NCBI GenBank assembly: GCA_051746405.1 | Contig: JBNJFB010000048.1 | Coordinates: 1 to 17,744, forward strand | Length of the DNA: 17,744 nt | DNA from: Campylobacterota bacterium | GTDB taxonomy: Bacteria; Campylobacterota; Campylobacteria; Campylobacterales; Arcobacteraceae | Direction of reading: 5' to 3' | Shown: one piece after another, positions 9,551 through 17,669 of the stretch | Position numbering within the stretch: the stretch's first letter is position 1 | Layout of the letters: the number at the start of each line of letters is the position of its first letter | The notes under the pieces: generated by a model | The model's database searches: none | The model's input: the letters and a program-made list of their open reading frames with translations, nothing else | What the model was told of the DNA's origin: nothing | Made by a program: the position numbers and the translations under genes

Positions 9551-9597
9551 TAAGTGACGGTTTGTGACTTGTATATAAAATTAGTAGGAGGAGATTG

Positions 9598-11064
9598 ATG
9601 CAAAACGGTGCAAAAATTGAGTATGATTACTCAGTTGCAAAAGCCTTTACATTTGCAACAATTTTGTTTGGTATCATAGGTATGACAATTGGTGTTGTGC
9701 TAGCGTTTCAATTAGCGTTTCCTGAGTTAAATTATTTAGCTGGGGAGTATGGTACTTTCAGTAGATTAAGACCTTTACACACTAACGGTGTTGCTTTTGG
9801 TTTTTCTCTAAGTGGTATCTTTGCTACATGGTATTATGTATCGCAAAGAGTTTTAAAGGTTTCATTAAAAGAATCTCCATTTTTAATGGGTGTTGCTAAG
9901 CTTCACTTCATTTTATACTTCATTACTATTCTTTTAGCGGTTGTTACTCTATTTATGGGTTATACAACATCTAAAGAGTATGCTGAATTAGAATGGCCAT
10001 TAGACATATTAGTAGTTGTTTGGTGGGTACTATGGGGTATTTCGATTTTTGGAATAATGGGTATTAGAAGAGAGAGAACTTTATATATCTCAATTTGGTA
10101 CTACATCGCTACATTTATTGCTGTTGCAATGTTATATCTATTTAATAACATGGAAGTTCCAACTGCAATGGTTTCAGGATATGGTTCATGGATGCATTCA
10201 GTATCTATGTATGCAGGTACAAATGATGCCTTAGTTCAGTGGTGGTATGGACACAATGCTGTTGCATTTATATTTACTACACCAATTATTGCTATGATTT
10301 ACTATTTCTTACCAAAAGAGTCTGGACAAAATGTTTACTCTTATAAGTTATCTATTTTAGCATTCTGGGGTCTATTATTTGTTTACCTTTGGGCAGGTGG
10401 ACACCACCTTATTTATTCAACAGTTCCAGATTGGATGCAGACGATGGGGTCTGTTATGTCAGTTGTATTGATTTTACCTTCATGGGGTTCTGCTATTAAT
10501 ATGCTTTTAACTATGAAAGGTGAGTGGCAACAGTTACAAACTAATACATTAATTAAGTTTATGATTTTAGCTTCAACGTTCTATATGTTATCAACAATTG
10601 AAGGACCAATTCAATCAATTAAATCTGTAAATGCAATTGCACACTTTACTGACTGGATTCCAGGACACGTACATGATGGTGTTTTAGGATGGGTTGTATT
10701 TATGATTATGGCTGCACTATTCCATATGGTTCCAAGAATGTTCAAAAGAGAGTTATACTCTAAATCATTGATGGATACACAATTCTGGTTACAAACAACA
10801 GGTATTGTATTGTACTTCACTTCTATGTGGATTGCAGGTATTACTCAAGGTATGATGTGGAGAGCTTATGATGAGTATGGATCATTAGTTTACTCATTTA
10901 TTGATACAGTAGTTGTATTACAACCATACTATACTATTAGAGCTGTTGGTGGGTTATTATACCTAATTGGATTCTTTATGTTCGCATACAACATTTACAA
11001 AACTGTAAGATGTGGTAGAGTACTTGATAAAGAACCAGCAAATGCTACACCAGTAGCTGCGTAA
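9598..11064 (+). CDS. ccoN: cbb3-type cytochrome c oxidase subunit I
   Basis: RLRPLHTN, EYAELEW, QWWYGHNAV, WAGGHHL, GHVHDG; many TM helices. ATG at 9598 is preferred over TTG at 9595 given AGGAGG at 9586-9591. Confidence 0.98.
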   Translation: MQNGAKIEYDYSVAKAFTFATILFGIIGMTIGVVLAFQLAFPELNYLAGEYGTFSRLRPLHTNGVAFGFSLSGIFATWYYVSQRVLKVSLKESPFLMGVAKLHFILYFITILLAVVTLFMGYTTSKEYAELEWPLDILVVVWWVLWGISIFGIMGIRRERTLYISIWYYIATFIAVAMLYLFNNMEVPTAMVSGYGSWMHSVSMYAGTNDALVQWWYGHNAVAFIFTTPIIAMIYYFLPKESGQNVYSYKLSILAFWGLLFVYLWAGGHHLIYSTVPDWMQTMGSVMSVVLILPSWGSAINMLLTMKGEWQQLQTNTLIKFMILASTFYMLSTIEGPIQSIKSVNAIAHFTDWIPGHVHDGVLGWVVFMIMAALFHMVPRMFKRELYSKSLMDTQFWLQTTGIVLYFTSMWIAGITQGMMWRAYDEYGSLVYSFIDTVVVLQPYYTIRAVGGLLYLIGFFMFAYNIYKTVRCGRVLDKEPANATPVAA

Positions 11065-11079
11065 GAAGGAGGGAAAGTT

Positions 11080-11763
11080 ATGTTTCATTGGTTTGAACAA
11101 AGACCGTTTTTCTTTGCGGTACTAGTATTTATTTTTGTTGCATTTGCAGGACTAATAGAAGTTATTCCAGATTTTGCAAAACAGTCAAGACCAACAGTTG
11201 GTACTAAGCCATACTCAGTTTTAGAGTTAGCAGGTAGACAAGTTTATATTAAAGACTCTTGTAATGCTTGTCACTCCCAATTAATTAGACCATTTAAATC
11301 AGAAACTGATAGATATGGTATGTACTCATTATCAGGTGAGTATGCTTATGATAGACCATTCTTATGGGGTTCTAAAAGAACAGGTCCAGATTTAATGAGA
11401 ATTGGTAACTATAGAAGTACAGATTGGCATGAAAACCATATGTGGGACCCTGAGTCGGTTGTTCCAGGTTCAATTATGCCAGCATATAAACATCAATTTG
11501 AAAATATCACTGATTTAGATACAGCATATGCAGAAGCTTATACAGTTAAAACTGTATTTAATACTCCATATGATGTAGATATTGATGGTGATGGAAATAT
11601 TGATGTTCCATTAGGTGATTATGAAACTGCAATTGAAAATGCTAAAAATGAAGCAAAGAAAATTGCAGCGGATATGAAAAATCAAGCTGTTAAAGATAAA
11701 GTTGCTCAAGGTGAGATTCCTGAAATTGTTGCATTAATTGCATATTTAAATTCTTTAAAATAG
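11080..11763 (+). CDS. ccoO: cbb3-type cytochrome c oxidase subunit II (monoheme c)
   Basis: N-terminal TM helix, CNACH heme motif, LWGSKRTGPDL, SIMPAY with the axial Met, ALIAYL. Confidence 0.97.
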   Translation: MFHWFEQRPFFFAVLVFIFVAFAGLIEVIPDFAKQSRPTVGTKPYSVLELAGRQVYIKDSCNACHSQLIRPFKSETDRYGMYSLSGEYAYDRPFLWGSKRTGPDLMRIGNYRSTDWHENHMWDPESVVPGSIMPAYKHQFENITDLDTAYAEAYTVKTVFNTPYDVDIDGDGNIDVPLGDYETAIENAKNEAKKIAADMKNQAVKDKVAQGEIPEIVALIAYLNSLK

Positions 11764-11771
11764 AGGTAGTT

Positions 11772-11996
11772 ATGGAATATGAAACTCTGATAACAGTACA
11801 AGGATATGCAAAATTTTTCTTGATACTTACAGTATTTATAATATTTTACTCTTATGCTTACTCTATATATAAAAGAGACAAAAGTGGTGAAAGAGATTTT
11901 GAAAAGTATTCAAAACTTGTGCATGATGACTCAGAAGTTTCATCTCCTCTTGAAGAAAGAAAAAAAGATGAAGATATAGATAATAAGGAGAAATAA
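11772..11996 (+). CDS. ccoQ: cbb3-type cytochrome c oxidase subunit CcoQ
   Basis: 74 aa with a single TM helix and charged tail (GERDFEKYSKL) between ccoO and ccoP; GAGG RBS. Confidence 0.9.
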   Translation: MEYETLITVQGYAKFFLILTVFIIFYSYAYSIYKRDKSGERDFEKYSKLVHDDSEVSSPLEERKKDEDIDNKEK

Positions 11997-11997
11997 G

Positions 11998-12948
11998 ATG
12001 AAATCTATGGTAGTAGGTGGAATTATTCTTATAATCGCTTTATTAGCAGGAACTTACTTTGCAGCAGGTGATGCTTTAAAAAGCGATATTTCGAATATTA
12101 ATACATTAACAATGTTAGGTGCAGTTGCAGTAATTACAATTACTGTATTTGTTACACTTAAATATTATAATCAAATTAAAAATGATAAAGCTGGTGGTGA
12201 GCTAGCTGATGAGTCATGGGATGGAATTGGTGAGTATAAAAATCCTGTACCAACAGGTTGGGCATTAGCTTTTATTGGTACTATTTTATGGATGTTTTGG
12301 TATTTAACTATTGGTTATCCAGTTACAACATTCTCTCAAATCGGGCAATGGAATGAAGAGAACTTAGATTACAATGAAAAATTTGAAGCTAAGTGGCAAA
12401 ATCCATCGCAAGATACATTAGAGGCTATGGGTAGTTCATTGTATTTAGTTCAATGTGCACCTTGTCACGGTGTTGATGCAGAGGGAATAAATGGAAAAGC
12501 TCATAACTTAACTAAAAGAATTGCTAAAGAACAAGTTAAAGATGTAATTAATAGAGGTTCATTAGCAATTGGTCCAAATCCAAGTGGAAACTTAGGTTAT
12601 TCAATGGGAATGATGCCTGGAAAAGAGGGACTTATTAATGTAAATACAGGTATGCCAATCTCTGATGAAGAGATTGATGTTGTATCTGAATATGTTGCAA
12701 ATGGTATGACAGGTTCAAAAAATGGAGCTGAAATCTTTGCAGGTGTTTGTGCATCTTGTCATGGTGCCAATGGAGAAGGTATGGGTGGAATGTCACCAAA
12801 TCTTGTAGAGTACGACAATACTTTAGTTCTAAATGTATTAGAGCATGGTAAAAAAGGTATTATCGGTGAAATGCCAAGCTTTGCTGGTAGACTTAATGAA
12901 ACTCAAGAAAAAGCATTAGGTGCTTATATTAGAAGTTTAGGAGAGTAA
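11998..12948 (+). CDS. ccoP: cbb3-type cytochrome c oxidase subunit III (diheme c)
   Basis: WDGIGEYKNPVPTGW motif, two heme motifs CAPCH and CASCH, MMP and EMP axial Met. Confidence 0.96.
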   Translation: MKSMVVGGIILIIALLAGTYFAAGDALKSDISNINTLTMLGAVAVITITVFVTLKYYNQIKNDKAGGELADESWDGIGEYKNPVPTGWALAFIGTILWMFWYLTIGYPVTTFSQIGQWNEENLDYNEKFEAKWQNPSQDTLEAMGSSLYLVQCAPCHGVDAEGINGKAHNLTKRIAKEQVKDVINRGSLAIGPNPSGNLGYSMGMMPGKEGLINVNTGMPISDEEIDVVSEYVANGMTGSKNGAEIFAGVCASCHGANGEGMGGMSPNLVEYDNTLVLNVLEHGKKGIIGEMPSFAGRLNETQEKALGAYIRSLGE

Positions 12949-12949
12949 T

Positions 12950-13225
12950 ATGGCTGGAAATACACAGATGAACGAAGATGAAAGAGGTATTTTTAAACTA
13001 AATGGTATTACAGGTATGTTAATTGCAGTAGTTTTATTACTATCTATTTTGGCATTTTTAGTTACTAATGCACTTTTAGTTCAACAAAGAGAAGCTACAA
13101 ACTATTACAAGGTAAATCAAGACCTAAATGGTTTAACTTCAGGTTCTGTTTTCTCAGATAGAGAACAAAACACTAATGAAGAGCAGTATGAAAACTACCA
13201 AGTAGTTGGTAGTGGTAATAAATAA
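12950..13225 (+). CDS. DUF4006-like small membrane protein, cco-associated
   Basis: ERGIFKLNGITGMLIAVVLLLSIL single TM helix; directly after ccoP, as in Campylobacterota cco loci; GGAG RBS. Confidence 0.8.
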   Translation: MAGNTQMNEDERGIFKLNGITGMLIAVVLLLSILAFLVTNALLVQQREATNYYKVNQDLNGLTSGSVFSDREQNTNEEQYENYQVVGSGNK

Positions 13226-13235
13226 GGGGTATCTT

Positions 13236-13328
13236 ATGGAAAAAATTATTAGTGTATTACTTTTAGTTTCAGCTGGTTTGACATTTTACTTTGCATATAT
13301 TGACCAAGCAAGATTGTACATCGGCTAA
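13236..13328 (+). CDS. 30-aa single-TM microprotein (not in the ORF track)
   Basis: Translated by hand: MEKIISVLLLVSAGLTFYFAYIDQARLYIG*; AAGGGG RBS at 13224-13229; TAA directly abuts the next ATG at 13329 and fills the gap. Confidence 0.8.
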   Translation: MEKIISVLLLVSAGLTFYFAYIDQARLYIG

Positions 13329-13967
13329 ATGAAAACAGTAAATTCTATTAAAGCAGTGGTTCTTACACTGCTGCTTTTATTATCACAAAATCTTTTTGCA
13401 AATAGTAGCAACAATTTTATATTAAATCATGATGATTTAGTAGATAAAAGAGCAGTTGAAAAAATCCAAAATATTGGAGCTGAAGTAAAAAGTAAACTAG
13501 GAATAAATATCCATCTTTATACAATTAAGAGTTTGGGTTTAGATGAAAGTCTTTCAAAAAAAGAGAAGTTTAATGCAATAAAAAAACATGAACAGCAGAT
13601 TTTATCTACTTTAGATAAGCCTTATGTTTTATTGACTGCATTTATTGAAGATACTCATGTAAATCTATTGACTTCATCTTCACTAAAAGGTGTTTTAGAC
13701 AAAGATGATATATTAGATGGATATGTTGTTCCCCTATTGGCATCAAAAGATAAAAATACTCTTTTTGCTAAAGTTAGTGCATCTATGCTAAATGGATATG
13801 CTGCAGTTGCTGATAAATTAGCCAACAAAAAAAATATAGAATTAGAAACTAGTATTGGAAGTCAAGGTAAAGTATCAGGAACTATTTGGAGAGTATTTAT
13901 GTATACTTTAGTTGTAGTTGGACTCTTACTTTATACTTATGCAGTATTAAAAAATAGGAAAAAATAG
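13329..13967 (+). CDS. Exported, C-terminally membrane-anchored protein (TPM-domain-like), cco-associated
   Basis: Signal peptide (…LLLLLSQNLFA), soluble domain, C-terminal TM helix WRVFMYTLVVVGLLLYTYAVL with a basic tail. Confidence 0.7.
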   Translation: MKTVNSIKAVVLTLLLLLSQNLFANSSNNFILNHDDLVDKRAVEKIQNIGAEVKSKLGINIHLYTIKSLGLDESLSKKEKFNAIKKHEQQILSTLDKPYVLLTAFIEDTHVNLLTSSSLKGVLDKDDILDGYVVPLLASKDKNTLFAKVSASMLNGYAAVADKLANKKNIELETSIGSQGKVSGTIWRVFMYTLVVVGLLLYTYAVLKNRKK

Positions 13968-14531
13968 ATGAAAAACAGAAACTATTGGCCACTTTTTTTT
14001 ATAGGGATATTTTCACTTGCTTTTTCATTGATTATATGGACTATTACAAGTACTTTAGGAGCTTCATTAGACGAAGATGAAAGTTTTAATAAAAAATATC
14101 AGGATGTTGATGAATATTACAATGAAATAATGCACTTTAATGCACTATTTTCAAAAAAGTATAAACTTCTTTTTGTATTAAATGAAAAAGAGTTTAATCT
14201 AGGTGTTGAAGATATTAAGTATTCGCAAAGAGTATTAAAAGATAAATCTAAACATAAAGATACTTTAAATTTAGGTGAAAATAGTCTTCTTGTATATGTT
14301 TTAAATAAGAGTACTAACAAAAAAGTAATGATTGATGAAATCAATTTAAAGTTTACTTTAAGTAATACAAATAAGCAGGATATACTACTAAAGAAAAATG
14401 ACTTTATACAAGAGAATAATAAATATAAAACAAATGTAGATATAACAAAAGAGAGCAACTGGAATATTACAGGAAGCTTTCAAGTTGGTAAAGATAAAGG
14501 TTATATTTACATAAAGACAAATGCTAAGTAA
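13968..14531 (+). CDS. FixH/CcoH-like membrane-anchored protein
   Basis: NYWP plus N-terminal TM helix, KYQDVD motif, beta-rich C-terminal domain; located downstream of ccoNOQP. Confidence 0.65.
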   Translation: MKNRNYWPLFFIGIFSLAFSLIIWTITSTLGASLDEDESFNKKYQDVDEYYNEIMHFNALFSKKYKLLFVLNEKEFNLGVEDIKYSQRVLKDKSKHKDTLNLGENSLLVYVLNKSTNKKVMIDEINLKFTLSNTNKQDILLKKNDFIQENNKYKTNVDITKESNWNITGSFQVGKDKGYIYIKTNAK

Positions 14532-16890
14532 ACAAAAACTTTATGTTTTCCCCACTTCAAGAGCTATAAGAAATTTTCTTGAAGAAAAAAAAGGGGAAAA
14601 CTCCCTTTTACCTTTTACCTTAACTATTGATGAGTTTTTTAAAAAATCTACTTATGTGCCAAATAGAAAATATTGTGATGAAGAACAAAAGTTTCTTTTA
14701 TTAAACGAAGCTATAAAAGATGTGGATATTAAACGATTAGGAATATCAAATACATTTTCAAGTTTTCTTAAACAGCATGAGTATATTTATAGGTTTTTTA
14801 TAGAGCTTAGTAGTGAAAAAGTAGATATAGATAGTATAAAAAATATTGATACATATGATTACTATAGTGAACACTTAGATATACTAAATCAAATTAGAAT
14901 TAATTACTTAAATATTTTAGATAAAAAAGAGTATGTTGATAAGATTAATTTTTCACACTTCTATAAAATAAACAGAACTTTTTTAGATAAATTTTCACAG
15001 ATTGAGTTAGTATTTGAGGGGTATTTCACAAAGGTTGAGTTTGATATTATAGATGAAATCTCAAACTATAAAGATATGATTATAAAGTTTGTGTCAAATG
15101 AGTATAATCAAAAATCACTTGAAGTCTTTAAGAACTTTTTTCCAGAAAAAATTGAACTTAATAAGAACTACACCTTTGATTTGACAAATAAAGTTATATT
15201 AAACAAAGAAGAACATATAAATGAGAATATATCATTCAATATAAAAGCTTTTAGCACAAGAACAAATCAGATAGCTTTTATAAAAAAATCAATTCAAGAG
15301 TGCGTACAAATGGGAGTAAATCCTTCAAATATTGCAGTTGTACTACCTGATGAAAAGTTTGCACAGATGATAGAGCTTTATGATTATGAAAACTATTTTA
15401 ACTTTGCAATGGGTAAAAGTATAAAAAATAGTAAGCTTTATCAAAGCATAAAAGCTATAACTGCATATATAAATGAAAAAGAGTTAAAAAATATAAAAAC
15501 TTTGGAGTTTTTTAAAATTGACAAGAATAGAGTCGATGAGTTTATAATAAAGAGTTTAAATAAAAAATGCACAAAAGAGATATTTGACTCTATTATAGAC
15601 TATTTTAAAGAGTTTGAAACTAATGGGGAGTTATTAGAAAAATATGACGAAATGGTTTATAAGCTTAAAAATCTGATTTTTAGTTTAGATACTAATTTAA
15701 CAGTAAAAGAGTTTATGAAAGTTTTTACACAAAAAATAGAAAATATTAGTTTAGATGACGTAAACTCAGGAAAAATTACTGTTTTAGGTCTGCTTGAGAC
15801 TAGGGCAAATAGGTTTGATGCTGTAATTATTTGCGATTTTAATGAAGAGTTTATTCCAAAAGCTTCAATAAAGGATAAGTTTTTATCTACAAAAATAAAA
15901 GAGCTTACAAATCTGCCAACATCTAAAGATAGACAACTTTTACAAAAGTATTATTACAAAAAATTAATAGAGTCTTCAAAACATCTGTTTATCTCTTTTG
16001 TAAAATCAGATAGTTCAACTATATCAAGATTTGCAGCGGAGCTTTTTAATATCAAAGACATAGATACAAATGTTTATGATGAACAATATAAAGAGATTTT
16101 GTACTATAACCATAAATTAAAGCACTTTAATGAAGATATAGTAGAAAAAATTGACCTTTTAAACTTCACATGGTCAGCAAGTGCACTTAAAACATATTTA
16201 CAGTGTAAAAGAAGTTTTTATCTAAACTATATTTTAAAAATTAAAGAGCATGAAGTATCACTAAAGCCTAAACCTTATGAGTTGGGTAGTATCATACACA
16301 AAATATTAGAAGAGTACTACAAGCAAGATATAAATAGTTATGATAAACTAAATGAACTATTTGTAAAATATAGAAGTGAAAATCCATTTTTAACACTTCA
16401 GTTAGAGATATGGAAGCAAAAATTAAAAGAGTTTTATGAGTATGAAAAACATAGACTATCAAATATAAAAATTATGAAATTAGAAGAGAAGTTTAACTTA
16501 GACTTTGATGGATTTAAATTAACAGGTGTAATTGATAGAATAGATTTTAATACATCTACAAAAAAATATGAGGTAATTGATTATAAGACCTCTTCAAATT
16601 TAAAAGTTGATAGCTTAAGAAACTATGATAAGGCAGTGGATTTTCAGTTGGAGTTTTACTACTTAGCTACAAGTGAATTGTATAATAGCTCAAATATTGA
16701 TGTTTATTATTATGATTTGTATAATACAAAACTTATTGAAGAGTTGGCTTGTGATAAAAAACTAGAGCTTTTAGTTTCAAAACTAGATGAGATAAAAAAA
16801 CTAAGTAATAGTTACATAAACTTTGAAAAGACTCAACATAAATCTATATGTAACTTTTGTGCATATAAAACTATCTGTAATAGGCAATAA
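14521..16890 (+). CDS. addB: AddB-type PD-(D/E)XK nuclease (RecB-family) with Fe-S staple
   Basis: LGLLETR degenerate helicase-like motif, WSASALKTYLQC, GSIIHKILE, GVIDRID, IDYKT, QLEFY, C-terminal CNFC-x5-C; overlaps the upstream gene by 11 nt. Confidence 0.85.
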   Translation: MLSKQKLYVFPTSRAIRNFLEEKKGENSLLPFTLTIDEFFKKSTYVPNRKYCDEEQKFLLLNEAIKDVDIKRLGISNTFSSFLKQHEYIYRFFIELSSEKVDIDSIKNIDTYDYYSEHLDILNQIRINYLNILDKKEYVDKINFSHFYKINRTFLDKFSQIELVFEGYFTKVEFDIIDEISNYKDMIIKFVSNEYNQKSLEVFKNFFPEKIELNKNYTFDLTNKVILNKEEHINENISFNIKAFSTRTNQIAFIKKSIQECVQMGVNPSNIAVVLPDEKFAQMIELYDYENYFNFAMGKSIKNSKLYQSIKAITAYINEKELKNIKTLEFFKIDKNRVDEFIIKSLNKKCTKEIFDSIIDYFKEFETNGELLEKYDEMVYKLKNLIFSLDTNLTVKEFMKVFTQKIENISLDDVNSGKITVLGLLETRANRFDAVIICDFNEEFIPKASIKDKFLSTKIKELTNLPTSKDRQLLQKYYYKKLIESSKHLFISFVKSDSSTISRFAAELFNIKDIDTNVYDEQYKEILYYNHKLKHFNEDIVEKIDLLNFTWSASALKTYLQCKRSFYLNYILKIKEHEVSLKPKPYELGSIIHKILEEYYKQDINSYDKLNELFVKYRSENPFLTLQLEIWKQKLKEFYEYEKHRLSNIKIMKLEEKFNLDFDGFKLTGVIDRIDFNTSTKKYEVIDYKTSSNLKVDSLRNYDKAVDFQLEFYYLATSELYNSSNIDVYYYDLYNTKLIEELACDKKLELLVSKLDEIKKLSNSYINFEKTQHKSICNFCAYKTICNRQ

Positions 16891-16901
16891 AATCAACTAT
16901 T

Positions 16902-16930
16902 AATAAAAGCAACGTTACGCTGCTTTTATT
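16902..16930. terminator. Bidirectional intrinsic terminator
   Basis: AATAAAAGCA-ACGTTACGC-TGCTTTTATT: 10-bp perfect arms with T-tracts on both strands, between convergent genes. Confidence 0.85.
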
Positions 16931-16949
16931 GAATTAAATAGTATTAAAA

Positions 16950-17360
16950 TTAGTTCATTGAGTAACCAATATTAGAGTGGTTTTTAATTAAGTCATAATA
17001 TGTTTTATCTCTTAATGTTTTAACTTTATTTCTTAAGGTAAATCTTGTCATATTTTTACCTTTCCATGCTACATTGTGAATTGTTTCAATACCTACAATT
17101 TCTCCTCTATTTTCTAATAATAAAGAGAATAGTGCTTCTTCGATTCTAGTAAGTTTTACTTCATCATCAAAACTATTATATAATTTTGAGTTTGCTTTAT
17201 TATAGTAGAATCCATTTTCTAACTGAACAATACTATTTATATCTTTATCAATAAGTTTAGATACGTACTCATCTAAAGATATTTCTAATTTATCAATTTT
17301 TTCTTGAAGTTTTTCATTATTTTCTTCATCAACTTTTATTTTAATTTCTAATTCTTTCAT
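16950..17360 (-). CDS. Transcriptional regulator: OmpR/PhoB-type winged helix without receiver domain, N-terminus RHH-like
   Basis: C-terminal LTRIEEALFSLLLENRGEIV…W…TLRNKVKTLRDK…IKNHSNIGY fits the Trans_reg_C pattern; AAGGA RBS on - strand at 17368-17372. Confidence 0.85.
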   Translation of the reverse strand: MKELEIKIKVDEENNEKLQEKIDKLEISLDEYVSKLIDKDINSIVQLENGFYYNKANSKLYNSFDDEVKLTRIEEALFSLLLENRGEIVGIETIHNVAWKGKNMTRFTLRNKVKTLRDKTYYDLIKNHSNIGYSMN

Positions 17361-17429
17361 AATTTTTTCCTTTTATATTTTATTCACTGTAATAATAACA
17401 TCTTTATATGTAAGAACAATGTAAAATAT

Positions 17430-17437
17430 ATTATATC
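17430..17437 (-). promoter_or_regulatory. Candidate -10 box for the winged-helix gene
   Basis: GATATAAT on - strand (gnTATAAT), about 70 nt upstream of the ATG. Confidence 0.45.
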
Positions 17438-17669
17438 TTAACTAAAAAATTTAAATTCAATGCTTTTTTTAATAACTAAAATAAGATTATGGTAAATTTT
17501 CAATAAATATAGGCAATATAATGACTTTTTTACAACAATAAAAGCCACTATATTAGAGGTTTTATATAATAATAGAAAAATTTAATAACAATTAACAGAA
17601 ATTGTTACAAAAGGTACCAATTTTGAAATTTATTTTTAAAAAAACCTTAAATTTTAAAATTTATATAAA

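Noticed and set aside
9595..9597. TTG start for ccoN given by the ORF track
   Set aside because: Too close to the AGGAGG RBS; ATG at 9598 has better spacing.
10611..10820. 69-aa minus-strand ORF
   Set aside because: Antisense to the catalytic region of ccoN.
14117..14458. 113-aa hydrophobic minus-strand ORF
   Set aside because: Antisense to an A-rich gene, which automatically yields Phe/Leu-rich text.
16170..16890. Cas4-like or defence nuclease reading of the PD-(D/E)XK domain with four Cys
   Set aside because: Length, degenerate helicase-like N-terminus and context fit AddB; no CRISPR repeats or cas genes in the window.
17601..17622. Possible sigma54 promoter on - strand (TTGGTACC…)
   Set aside because: No GC dinucleotide at the required -12 spacing.
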